51,313 bases of DNA from NCBI RefSeq assembly GCF_001194135.2, contig NC_068981.1, positions 133,729,908-133,781,220 on the forward strand, in the 5' to 3' direction. Source of the stretch: Octopus bimaculoides (lineage: Eukaryota). This document shows, in pieces, positions 24,844 through 37,116 of the stretch. Position 1 is the stretch's first letter, and each line of letters starts with the position of its first letter. A program made the translations under genes and the position numbers. Under the pieces are notes generated by a model. The model had not been told where the DNA came from. It made no database searches and was given only the letters and a program-made list of their open reading frames with translations.

Positions 24844-24844
24844 C
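24536..24844. repeat. (GATA)n/(GACA)n satellite, ~310 bp
   Basis: Direct reading. Confidence 0.97.
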
Positions 24845-25564
24845 AAATCAATGGCGATTATATATGATATATTATTTCTTAAATTAAAATATATATATAT
24901 AATTTATAGTGTATTTCTTTTCTTTTTCTTTGTACAGTTAAGTCTAGGTAAAAGCACAGACGTTTCGAATCCTCGCCGGAGCAACTCCGATTTTGCTCTT
25001 TTCAGAGTTGCGATCGTAGAAACAACGAAAACCTTAACGATTCTTCGATTGTATATTTATTACAAGACTGCATCCTTATTACTTATCGACTTAGATCTTT
25101 AATGTAGGTAGGTTTCTAATGTCTATCTTATAGAAAAGTTTGTCTTTATTTTGTTTATCACAAAATATTACAACTGTTACGGAAACGTAACTCGGTTACC
25201 AAATGAAGTTTATGTTAACTATTTTCTATTTATCTTCGCAAAAGAATTTCCTCCATTAATCTTCCTATCTATTTCTATCGAATAAAAAAATACACTTTTA
25301 TAACAAGGTTTGGGCTTCGATTATATATATAATACTATCACAGGCCAATAACAGATCCTCTTGCGGGCACTCGAACTGCTAGAAATAGCAGGCAAAAATC
25401 CTTCGATCAAATGTTCCACCGTTTTAAAAGAAGACAAATTAGATAATGCAGTCTTCAGTGCCATTTAAGGAAAGAAATCGTGAAGATTGGATGGACGGTA
25501 TTGAACACTCAATCAGGATTTATATCCGTCTAAGCATAGACATCACTAAATCATATCCAAATAC

Positions 25565-25594
<30 letters not shown>

Positions 25595-25612
<18 letters not shown>

Positions 25613-25950
25613 TATTAATGAGGGTAGAAATTGATATTAATCAATTAAAACCAGTGGTCTAGCATATTAAAAAAATCCGAAGATTAAAATTATATTACAT
25701 ACAAAAATAAGAGGAATGACCAGCAAATGTGGACTCCTATATGCTAGAAATAGATGCCGAATCATCTAACCACGAAAAGATATGTTCTCAGTAAAAAATC
25801 TAGCGGCACAACAGACTGTAAAAGGGAAAGACAAATGAAAAAATACAAAATTAAAAACGATTAACCTACGTACCATGGTTTCACCTGTTAAAATTTACAT
25901 AAGTAAATATCTGCAGGATCGTCAGCGTAGTCTGTCGATTTGAAATATAA
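25595..25950 (-). mobile_element. PLE-type terminal repeat with hammerhead, same family as 13322-13600
   Basis: Alignable over ~200 bp. The 3' end runs into (TA)n. Confidence 0.75.
25866..25930 (-). ncRNA. Minimal type-I hammerhead ribozyme (GUA site; first stem-II pair mismatched)
   Basis: CTACG-CTGACGA-TCCTG...CAGGT-GAAAC-CATG-GTA-CGTAG. Confidence 0.85.
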
Positions 25951-26327
25951 TTCCCAGAACTAGACACAAGACGTCCACCCGAAAGGGAGCACGTGTAGAG
26001 TTCTACAAATTACATTCAGTGTATCCTTTCAAATAGGTCGTTTCTACCAATCAATATAGTTGAGCATTTGGTTCTTCTTTCACTCTACTTCCAATAGAGA
26101 TATCTATTTCCAAGCCTTTGAACATTTACTTAACTCACATATTACTCTATACTTCTCCTTTATTAGTTCTCTCCTTATTAATTTCTTTACCCCTTCTCTC
26201 CACATGCGCTACCTTTGACGTCATATCTACTAACGACTTTTTAAAATACTTAATAGCGTTCTGTTCATCATTTACACAGTCATCACATTTGTTAAAATGT
26301 CTTATTATTGAGTTTGATTCTCTTTCA

Positions 26328-26416
26328 TTCTCTGATGAGAAGATTACATTATTTTACAACTCACCATTTATTCCTTTGGAATAAAACCAATGTTGTCTTC
26401 GAAACATATGTCGGAA
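26328..26416 (+). ncRNA. Minimal type-I hammerhead ribozyme (GUC site)
   Basis: TTCT-CTGATGA-GAAGATTACATT...AATGTTGTCTTC-GAAAC-ATAT-GTC-GGAA. Stem II pairs 11 of 12 positions, with an inner hairpin TTTATTCC/GGAATAAA and palindromic ACATATGT. Confidence 0.87.
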
Positions 26417-26451
26417 ATAAAAGAATTTGAATAACACCTGCGTTTAACTCC

Positions 26452-26509
<58 letters not shown>

Positions 26510-26892
26510 GTATGTATATATGTGTGTTTGTGTATATATAAATATATATCCATGTACATACATGGAACCACACACACATATATATGTGTGTGTGTATGCA
26601 TGTGTATGTGTGTTTGTGTGTTTGTATGCACATATATATCTGTGTGTGTGTGTGTGCACATTCATGTTTATGTATGAAACTATATATGTATGNNNNNNNN
26701 NNNNNNNNNNNNNNNNNNNNNNNNNNNNNNNNNNNNNNNNNNNNNNNNNNNNNNNNNNNNNNNNNNNNNNNNNNNNNNNNNNNNNNNNNNNNGGTTGGAT
26801 GTATGTATGTTTATGTATGTGTGTGTTTATGTATGTATATGTTTATATGTGTGTGTGTGTGTGCATATGTATATATATATGTATGTATATAC

Positions 26893-26936
<44 letters not shown>

Positions 26937-27847
26937 ATATATGTATTTATACGAGTGTATGTATGTATGTGTGTATATATGTGCGTATACATGAGTATAT
27001 ATGATTATACACATTTATCTCAGCACTATTTGTAGAAATACAAGATTAACTCCCCTTTACGATCCCATTATTTACATAACATTCCTCTCCAATTTTTATC
27101 GGATTTAAATCATCTTATTATCTTCCAACTTTACAATCTAAATTTTCTTTCTTTTTTTCATTCCTTCTTTTCTTCCCTTNNNNNNNNNNNNNNNNNNNNN
27201 NNNNNNNNNNNNNNNNNNNNNNNNNNNNNNNNNNNNNNNNNNNNNNNNNNNNNNNNNNNNNNNNNNNNNNNNNNNNNNNNNNNNNNNNNNNNNNNNNNNN
27301 NNNNNNNNNNNNNNNNNNNNNNNNNNNNNNNNNNNNNNNNNNNNNNNNNNNNNNNNNNNNNNNNNNNNNNNNNNNNNNNNNNNNNNNNNNNNNNNNNNNN
27401 NNNNNNNNNNNNNNNNNNNNNNNNNNNNNNNNNNNNNNNNNNNNNNNNNNNNNNNNNNNNNNNNNNNNNNNNNNNNNNNNNNNNNNNNNNNNNNNNNNNN
27501 NNNNNNNNNNNNNNNNNNNNNNNNNNNNNNNNNNNNNNNNNNNNNNNNNNNNNNNNNNNNNNNNNNNNNNNNNNNNNNNNNNNNNNNNNNNNNNNNNNNN
27601 NNNNNNNNNNNNNNNNNNNNNNNNNNNNNNNNNNNNNNNNNNNNNNNNNNNNNNNNNNNNNNNNNNNNNNNNNNNNNNNNNNNNNNNNNNNNNNNNNNNN
27701 NNNNNNNNNNNNNNNNNNNNNNNNNNNNNNNNNNNNNNNNNNNNNNNNNNNNNNNNNNNNNNNNNNNNNNNNNNNNNNNNNNNNNNNNNNNNACACACGT
27801 ATATATATACAGACATACAAACATACATATATATATATATATATACA

Positions 27848-27879
<32 letters not shown>

Positions 27880-29360
27880 TATGTTTGTATTTCTGTGCAT
27901 ATATATACGTGTGTGCGTGTGGAGGGTATGTAGGGTTGTTCTCTTTCTCTTTTGAATTTAGAGTAAATTTTGTCCAGCCACCTACGTGGTAACAAGGTGG
28001 TGGCGGAAAGCATTGTGTTTGTTCATCATCCTTTATATCTTAAGCAGATTTTGCGGATGAATGTATGTTTGTGTGTACCTGATCGTTTACACAAACCAGA
28101 GCCTAACTTGAACATGAAGAATATAAGAATAATTGTTACTTCATATAAGAATAATTGTTACTTCAAACATATTCTTTCTTCCGTCTTAAAGCTCACAATA
28201 AAATATTAAACAAACATTGTACTTACAAGTTAAAAACGGGTGTAAACTATTATACTAATACACATTTCGCAAATGACACAAGAATGTGTTTACCAATGTA
28301 CGCGAGAAATTTATTTATATTATAGATGAATGTGTGTGTATTGGTTTGTCTGAATATGTGTGTATAGGTTTGTCCAAATGTATATTTGTATGTATATTCA
28401 TATATTAGCATAGGCCAGTATGTATATAGGTTCGATCTTATATACTGAAATATGTATTACCAGATAATGCTAACATTAGTAATTTATGAAATGATTCTAA
28501 AAACACGCAACATTATCTCTTCAAAATTCCATCACCAGTAATCCGTATATTGAAAATATTCTTTGTTTCTCTTGTGTATATTTTCTGGGGTTTTTGTTTG
28601 TTTGTTTGTTTTTTTACCTGTCTAATGATAAAATACATTAGTTACTTTATTTGTATATTAAATAAAATCGCAGACATAACAAAGTTTTTAAAAATTTGCT
28701 GCCTAACACACTTTAATAATAGATAAGGCAGGTTGCCTTTGTAGCAGACTTTTCTAGAAACTAATTATTGTGTAATATTGGTACCAACACGGTATCTTAA
28801 AGATAGCGTTTTCGCAGTGATATAGGCTATTACATACAGATTATTTAGTATATAATTTGACGTAAGAATAAGGATATAAACAGCAAAACAGCAACATACA
28901 TGAAGTCGAATTATTAAATGAGAGATGAAGGATTGAGAATCACTAAAGTAGAGGAGTTCCCTTTGACAAAAAACACTTGTTGTTTTTTAGCGCCTAGTTA
29001 ATCGTGACTGAGCAAACCTATTATGAAAGCCTTCTGACCATGACTATCCGAGGGTAGGACTGTATGTGAAGAATTCTCTAATGCATCTTTCATTTTCTGA
29101 ATTTATATATGTATATATATTAATGTTTGTTTTTATGTTCAGTTATAATAAAAACAATTTTACATTAATCTGTTGAGTCACGCTATACTTTTGTAGAGTA
29201 TAAATATATTATTCTTAAACAGGAATGTTGTTGACAGTGACTTCGAAGTTTTGGCTTAGCTGGATGAAACGTCGACATCACTGTCAACAACATTCTTGTT
29301 TTGGGAAAATAAGTATATATTGTATATTTATGTGTATGCGCGCGCGTATGTGGGGGGGGG

Positions 29361-29651
29361 GGCTCAGGCGTAGCTGTGTGGAAAGAAGCTGGCTTCTTAC
29401 CACACAGTTTAGTCCCACTACGTGGTACCTTAGGCAAGTGTCTTCTACTATAGCCTGGAGCCTATCAAAGCCGTAGGAGTGGATTTGGAAGACGGAAACT
29501 GAAAGAAGACCGTCGTGTATATGTAAATATATATATATAGAATAAGTATTAGGCTTATAAGGAGTAAGTCCTGGAGTCGATTTCTTCAACTAAAACCCTT
29601 TAAGGTGGTGCTCCATCATGGCCGCAGTCAAATGACTGAAACAAGTAAAAG
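29361..29651 (+). mobile_element. SINE family B, near full length with a central deletion
   Basis: tRNA-like head, GAGTGGATTTGG..GACGGAAACTGAAAGAAG domain and tail GGTGCTCCA.CATGGCCGCAGTCAAATGACTGAAACAAGTAAAAG. Confidence 0.9.
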
Positions 29652-29700
29652 NNNNNNNNNNGTTAGGGCTCCATATGGTAAAAATGTGGATGGGAAAAAT

Positions 29701-29735
29701 GTGGGTAGAGGTTGATGTGCTAGCAACCCTCTACC
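29701..29735 (+). repeat. Hairpin resembling an RTE 5' UTR stem-loop
   Basis: GGGTAGAG-GTTG-ATGTGCTAG-CAAC-C-CTCTACCC. Confidence 0.45.
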
Positions 29736-30074
29736 CTTACTCTATTATAAAGTAAACCACAACACAAATAACTACGCAGAGGCAGCCATGGTTGAAACAA
29801 GAACAAGATCAAGAAGCAGTATTAAAAGAAAAAAGGATGGTCATTCCTTACCAAAGTGACCTTATGTTATGCGCTCATGAATTAGTTGAGCTCTAGTTGG
29901 CTGTATGCAAATGAGTTCGTAACTGGAGTCCGGAACTCTCGTGGGGAAAAAAAATTAGCCTCTGAGACTTCTTGTGCAGGGTTTATATAAAACCAGGAAT
30001 TGCCCATGAAACAAATATCTCTCTCCGACTCTGAAGCTGTCCGGCATGGTTGATGCAGTTTGAGACCAGTGTCA

Positions 30075-30359
30075 TTGACACATTACGTTCCGAGTTCAAA
30101 TTCCACAGAAGTCGACTTTGCCTTTCAGTCATTCTGAATCAATCAAATAAATATTCTTTTCTACTCTAAGCACAAGGCCTGAAATTTTGGGGAAGGAGCC
30201 AGTCGATTAGATTGACGCCAGTGCGCAACTGGTACTTAATTTATCGACCCTGAAAGAATGAAAGGCAAAGTCGATCTCGACGGAATTTGAACTCAGTACG
30301 TAAAGACAGACGAAATACCGCTAAGCATTTCGCCCGGCATGCTTCCAGCTCGCCGCCTT
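30075..30359. mobile_element. SINE family A: 5' fragment (+, ~30075-30135) converging on a full copy (-, 30153-30359)
   Basis: GAGTTCAAATTCCAC.GAAGTCGACTTTGCCTTTCA on plus and its complement within the minus copy. Confidence 0.85.
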
Positions 30360-31221
30360 CAATCAAATGAATATTTNNNNNNNNNNNNNNNNNNNNNNNN
30401 NNNNNNNNNNNNNNNNNNNNNNNNNNNNNNNNNNNNNNNNNNNNNNNNNNNNNNNNNNNNNNNNNNNNNNNNNNNNNNNNNNNNNNNNNNNNNNNNNNNN
30501 NNNNNNNNNNNNNNNNNNNNNNNNNNNNNNNNNNNNNNNNNNNNNNNNNNNNNNNNNNNNNNNNNNNNNNNNNNNNNNNNNNNNNNNNNNNNNNNNNNNN
30601 NNNNNNNNNNNNNNNNNNNNNNNNNNNNNNNNNNNNNNNNNNNNNNNNNNNNNNNNNNNNNNNNNNNNNNNNNNNNNNNNNNNNNNNNNNNNNNNNNNNN
30701 NNNNNNNNNNNNNNNNNNNNNNNNNNNNNNNNNNNNNNNNNNNNNNNNNNNNNNNNNNNNNNNNNNNNNNNNNNNNNNNNNNNNNNNNNNNNNNNNNNNN
30801 NNNNNNNNNNNNNNNNNNNNNNNNNNNNNNNNNNNNNNNNNNNNNNNNNNNNNNNNNNNNNNNNNNNNNNNNNNNNNNNNNNNNNNNNNNNNNNNNNNNN
30901 NNNNNNNNNNNNNNNNNNNNNNNNNNNNNNNNNNNNNNNNNNNNNNNNNNNNNNNNNNNNNNNNNNNNNNNNNNNNNNNNNNNNNNNNNNNNNNNNNNNN
31001 NNNNNNNNNNNNNNNNNNNNNNNNNNNNNNNNNNNNNNNNNNNNNNNNNNNNNNNNNNNNNNNNNNNNGTTGCTCCACTTCTTGAAAAGTCCTTTGGTTC
31101 TTGTGAGGCATTTACATTTACATTTACATCTGAAATTTGCCAACCGCGGAGTAATAAACTGCAAATTTTCACTCAGTTGTAATTGAACTCCAAAAAGGAG
31201 TTTATTAGTTTACTAAACTAC

Positions 31222-31520
31222 CTTTGTGGAGGCGCAGCGAAATCGCGGTCGGAGGATCGCGGTTTCGATTCCCAGACCGGGTGTTGTGTGTGTTTGTTGA
31301 GCGAAAACACCTAAAGCTCCACGAGGCTCCGGCAGGGGGTGGTGGCAACCTCTGTTGTACTCTTTCGCCCCAACTTTCTCTCAATCTTTCTTCCTGTTTC
31401 TTGAGTAACACTGCGATGGACTGGCGTCCCGTCCAGCTGGGGGGTACACATACGCCATAGAAACCGGGAAAATGGACCCATGAGCCTAGCTAGGCTTTAA
31501 AAGGGCGCATAATAATAAAT
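31222..31520 (+). mobile_element. SINE with a decayed tRNA head, family D central domain and TACGCCATAGAAACCGGG tail
   Basis: GGTTTCGATTCCCAGACCGG B-box region. Domain sharing as noted for 13697-13945 and 8140-8410. Confidence 0.8.
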
Positions 31521-31590
31521 AAAATACTACCTTCATATAAAGATTACATAACATCACACAAATAAAAATGTATACGTGTGTGTGTTTATA

Positions 31591-31621
<31 letters not shown>

Positions 31622-31879
31622 ACATAAATGTGTTTGTATAAGCATGTATATGTGTGCATATGTATGTGTATGGTTGTGTGGGCACATATATGTGTTAGTA
31701 TAAGCGTGTATATGTGTTGTTAGATAAAAAAAAAAAAAGAGCCTGTGTATTGATGTATGCATTACAGACAAAAAAGAATCCATTGCAATGTATGTACGAA
31801 TAATCTCTCAATTGTATATAATGATTAGAACAATAAAGCAGACATATTGCAGTCATCATATTTCTGAAGAGAATTAGGA

Positions 31880-31933
31880 CGATGGTAGTGGTGGTGTTGC
31901 TGGTGGTGGTGTTGCTGGTGGTGGTGGTGATAA

Positions 31934-31969
<36 letters not shown>

Positions 31970-32533
31970 AGGCAGTGGTGGTTGAGGTGGTGATTTTGGT
32001 GGTGGTGTTGATAATGACGATGATAATGGTGGTGGTGGTGATGATGATGATGATGATAATAGTGGTGGTGGTGGTGNNNNNNNNNNNNNNNNNNNNNNNN
32101 NNNNNNNNNNNNNNNNNNNNNNNNNNNNNNNNNNNNNNNNNNNNNNNNNNNNNNNNNNNNNNNNNNNNNNNNNNNNNNNNNNNNNNNNNNNNNNNNNNNN
32201 NNNNNNNNNNNNNNNNNNNNNNNNNNNNNNNNNNNNNNNNNNNNNNNNNNNNNNNNNNNNNNNNNNNNNNNNNNNNNNNNNNNNNNNNNNNNNNNNNNNN
32301 NNNNNNNNNNNNNNNNNNNNNNNNNNNNNNNNNNNNNNNNNNNNNNNNNNNNNNNNNNNNNNNNNNNNNNNNNNNNNNNNNNNNNNNNNNNNNNNNNNNN
32401 NNNNNNNNNNNNNNNNNNNNNNNNNNNNNNNNNNNNNNNNNNNNNNNNNNNNNNNNNNNNNNNNNNNNNNNNNNNNNNNNNNNNNNNNNNNNNNNNNNNN
32501 NNNNNNNGTGCTGCTGCTGCTGCTGCTGCTGAC

Positions 32534-32566
<33 letters not shown>

Positions 32567-32616
32567 GGCCGTAGTTGTAGTAGTAGTAATAGTAGTAGTA
32601 GTAGTAGTAGTAGTAA

Positions 32617-32672
<56 letters not shown>

Positions 32673-32690
32673 ATGGATGTGGATAAGGGG
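31880..32690. repeat. Compound trinucleotide array (GGT, CGT, GAT, GCT, AGT) spanning a gap
   Basis: Direct reading. Confidence 0.95.
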
Positions 32691-33616
32691 GAAACAAAAT
32701 GTTAAAAATTGGATTCATTAAAGAGAAAAAAAAATGGGAAAATAGCAATCAACAACAGCAACATCATCGTCATTTTAGCATCTTACTGATTATCTTCAGC
32801 AGGACCGTCGTTATGCCCCCTATCGTTATCATCATCATCATCAAGAAGAAGAAGAAGAAGAAGAAGAAGAAGAAGAAAGACTTGGAATAGATCCATGAGT
32901 TGGTCTGTTTGGAAATAACCCAAGCAGACAAAATATTTTAAAAAATGGAATATCAGACAAAAAAATGATTGTATAATGTATATGGTAACAAACATTTATA
33001 AGAATAAATTTACTGTCTGTTATGATAGGAAAGATATAATAATTTCTTATGTATATACAACAGATAAATATAACGGACAGTGATTATCTTCCATTGTCGT
33101 TTGTATAAGGCTAATGAGATGTAAGATTTTCATTAATTATGAATACTGCTGCTACCTCTAATAAGGGAAGCCAATAAGATAAGCTCCACAAGACACCAAT
33201 AATGCTCCTGGTTACCAGCATCAGACGCCTCACCTATGTGCGTGTGTGTGTGTATGTGTGTGTGTGTGTATGTGCGTGTGTGTGTATGTGCGTGTGTGTG
33301 TATGTGCGTGTGTGTGTGTTTCTGTTTCTCAAGCCCAAAACCTCACAAGTTTGGAGTACCCGGTTTCCATGGCGCATACGTACCCGAGATCATAAAACCC
33401 TATTGAACAGTATGCCAGCCCGTTGCAGGGTCCGAGGCCAGCAGTTTTAAGGAGAGGGACAAGTCGATTACATCGATCCCAGCACTTGACTGCTACCTTG
33501 CTTGTATGTATATATATNNNNNNNNNNNNNNNNNNNNNNNNNNNNNNNNNNNNNNNNNNNNNNNNNNNNNNNNNNNNNNNNNNNNNNNNNNNNNNNNNNN
33601 NNNNNNNNNNNNNNNN

Positions 33617-34416
33617 ATATATGCATATATCCATACATATATGTACATACCTACATCTGTATGTATACATACATACATACATATATGGGTACAAGACATC
33701 AAAAAACGTTAAACACAATGAGAAACGAAAACATGAAAACGAAAGCAGAAAAAGAACTTTTTTCGAACAACGAAAAAACAAACAGAGAAACGAGACATGC
33801 AACATAAAGAGTATAACCGTTCGTCAGTTGTCCCTGTTTCATCTACTCACACCGTTCCCTCTCTCTCACTCTTCCTCCTCGACTCTCTCGTCGCTGACAC
33901 GTGACGAAAGGGGATCTCCCTTTCTGTCCACCTCCTTGCTAAAGAAAAGACGTGCCTTTTCCTGTCTCCTCATGGCTCGTCTACCTAGCGTTCATAATAA
34001 TTTTTCTATCGTCTTGGTGCAACAGCCCTCACCGTTTGTTTTTACTGTCTTGTTCTCACTGTCCTGTTCTTGTTAACACTTTCACCCTCCGCAAAACATC
34101 CCAAATTTTATTTAATTTGCTTTGTGGGAAGGACTGTTTCAACGAAGTCGCATATTGTCTTTGCCTTCGAACCGCGGAGTAGATGAAATAGGGACAACTG
34201 ACGAAGGCGTATACTCTTTATGTTGCATGTCTCGTTTCTCTGTTTGTTTGTTTTTTTCGTTGTTCGAAAAAAGTTCGTTTTCTATGTTTTCGTTTTTATG
34301 TTTTCATTTCTCATTGTGTTTAACGTTTTCTTTTTTTATGTCCTGTAACCATATATGCATGTATCTATACATATAGATGTAGGTATGTACATATATGTAT
34401 GGATATATACATATAT
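33617..34416. mobile_element. Long inverted-repeat element: arms 33617-33848 and 34177-34416, 328-bp spacer
   Basis: Left ...GAGAAACGAGACATGCAACATAAAGAGTATA...TTCGTCAGTTGTCCCTGTTTCATCTACTC is the reverse complement of right GAGTAGATGAAATAGGGACAACTGACGAA...TATACTCTTTATGTTGCATGTCTCGTTTCTC. Confidence 0.9.
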
Positions 34417-34488
34417 TTGTATATCATTTATATTATTATATGATCGAACGGCACGCATCCTTTTCCAAGTAAGTTTTATCTATCTATC

Positions 34489-34522
<34 letters not shown>

Positions 34523-34611
34523 TGTATATAATTTAAAGAAAAACCACTATTAAATAATTCAACAAAGAAGAATTCAACTCACACCCTTCAGAAGACAAAT
34601 ATATCACAAAA

Positions 34612-34800
34612 ACCCTCCCCACCATCGCTTGACAACCGATGTTGGTGTTTTCACGTGCCGTAATCTTGCGGTTCGGTAAAAGAGACCGATAGAATGAGTA
34701 CTAGGCTTACGAAGAATAAGTCCTAGGGTCGATTTCCTCGACTAAAGACGGTGCTCCTGCATGGCCGCTGTCAAAATAACTGAAACAAATAAAAGAAGAT
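34612..34800 (+). mobile_element. SINE family B, 3' half
   Basis: CCACCATCGCTTGACAACCGATG...AATAAGTCCTAGGGTCGATTT...tail. Confidence 0.9.
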
Positions 34801-34863
34801 ATATATATGCATATATACATACGTATATGTACATACATCTATACTTATATATATGTGTGTGTA

Positions 34864-34903
<40 letters not shown>

Positions 34904-34904
34904 A

Positions 34905-35490
34905 TATGACGTCACGAAGCGTGTACAACAAAAAAATACGAAGTACGAGTACATGGAATATGAACTATTTTTTCGAACAACGAAAGACACAAATGGAAAA
35001 CAAGACAAACCACATAAAGGACGACCCTTCATCAGTTGTTGACTGATTTTCTACTCTCGTATTTCGAGCATTTAACAACAATATACGCTTTCGATAAAAC
35101 AGTTGCTCCTGCAAAGCAAATTAAATAAAATTTGAGATTTTGCAGAGGATCAAAATTGGTAACACAAACAGGACGGTGAAAAAACAAACTCCTTCGTTTT
35201 ATTCTCTTTCTCTCTCTTATTCTTTTACCTCCTCTTCTCCCACTTTTCTATCCTATTACTCTGTCACTCTCTCTCCCTTACTTCTCCTCCCTTGCTTGCG
35301 TCGCTCCCACGTGACCATGGGCCATTTTTCTTTCTTCTAACTTATGTTTCTTTCTTTGTCTCCGTTGTAGCTGGAACAAGGAAGAAGTGTTCTTGTCTGT
35401 CTCCTATCCAAGCTTGATTTACACAATCACCACCACAATCTCATATAGGCTTAGCAGCCCTTCCTGTTTGTAAGTATCGACATATACGTA
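34905..35490 (+). mobile_element. Diverged third copy of the 33617-34416 family
   Basis: Shares TTTTTCGAACAACGAAA, TTC(A/G)TCAGTTGT and CAAAGCAAATTAAATAAAATTTG. Confidence 0.75.
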
Positions 35491-36685
35491 TGTATATATG
35501 CATATATATATATATATTATATTATTATGATTGAACGTTTTATATATATATAAGTTTTATATATAGTAAGTTTTATATATATANNNNNNNNNNNNNNNNN
35601 NNNNNNNNNNNNNNNNNNNNNNNNNNNNNNNNNNNNNNNNNNNNNNNNNNNNNNNNNNNNNNNNNNNNNNNNNNNNNNNNNNNNNNNNNNNNNNNNNNNN
35701 NNNNNNNNNNNNNNNNNNNNNNNNNNNNNNNNNNNNNNNNNNNNNNNNNNNNNNNNNNNNNNNNNNNNNNNNNNNNNNNNNNNNNNNNNNNNNNNNNNNN
35801 NNNNNNNNNNNNNNNNNNNNNNNNNNNNNNNNNNNNNNNNNNNNNNNNNNNNNNNNNNNNNNNNNNNNNNNNNNNNNNNNNNNNNNNNNNNNNNNNNNNN
35901 NNNNNNNNNNNNNNNNNNNNNNNNNNNNNNNNNNNNNNNNNNNNNNNNNNNNNNNNNNNNNNNNNNNNNNNNNNNNNNNNNNNNNNNNNNNNNNNNNNNN
36001 NNNNNNNNNNNNNNNNNNNNNNNNNNNNNNNNNNNNNNNNNNNNNNNNNNNNNNNNNNNNNNNNNNNNNNNNNNNNNNNNNNNNNNNNNTATATATATAT
36101 ATATTACAATACTGAGATGTAACTTGGAAAGTTTGGTGTTAGTTAACGTTGGTTTATTCTATAGAGAGATATTCCAACAACCCGGTGTTGTTGGGAAAAT
36201 TCATTGGAATTATTTAAATTGAAGGAGTCTTTTGTGCTGTAAAGTTTTGGAACTCACTATTCTACATGGTCACTCGACTGGTTAGAAATAGCAGCTAAAT
36301 ATTTCCTTGAAATCACTCTCTAGAGTTTTAGAAAAGAAAAGCTTGTGTAATACGATCCTGGGTTTCCTACACCTATTAAAAAACCAACGGGATGGTTACA
36401 ACTGGAATGCCTTTATTTAGGGTTAACCAGGAATTAAACAATAACAGCAACAACAATGCGAGCCAATAAGGAATTTTTTCTACGCAGACTTTTAGACCAG
36501 AGTTTCGCAGACGGATGCTAACCGACCCCTCTTGAGGTCGGCTGAGACTTGAAAAGAAGACGAACGAATTACCATATCTAATAAAATTGATAATTTTCAA
36601 CTTTTTAAATTTACCCAACACCATGAAGAAGAATAAAGAAATATATATATGCAAGCATCATCTTTTGTTCTCATTGATGAAGAGG

Positions 36686-37116
36686 AAGGTTGTATGCTGG
36701 CAGAACTGTTAGCACACTGGGCAAAATGCTTAGCGGCATATAATCCATCTTTACATTCTGAGTTCAAATTCCGCCGAGGTCGACTTTGCCGTTGCCTTTC
36801 ATCTCTTTCGGGATTGATAAAATAATCACCAGTCATGCATTGGGGGTCGATGTAATCGACTTAACCCCATCCTCTAAAATTGCTGACCTTGTGCTAAAAT
36901 TTGAAACCATTAATAAAGAAGAAGGCGATGAGCTGGTAGAATGTTTAACACGCCGGGAAAGAAACAGTCATTTCGCCAGTCTTCACGTTCTGGGTTCAAA
37001 TTCTACCTAGGTCGACTTTGCCCTTTATCCTTTCGTACTCGACGAAATAAGTAACAGATGAAGTGATCGATTAGCTCCCTCCCAACAAAATTTCATGCCT
37101 AATAGAAAGGATTAAT
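36686..37116 (+). mobile_element. SINE family A head-to-tail dimer (36686-36915, 36922-37116)
   Basis: Two consecutive head-core-tail units. Confidence 0.88.
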
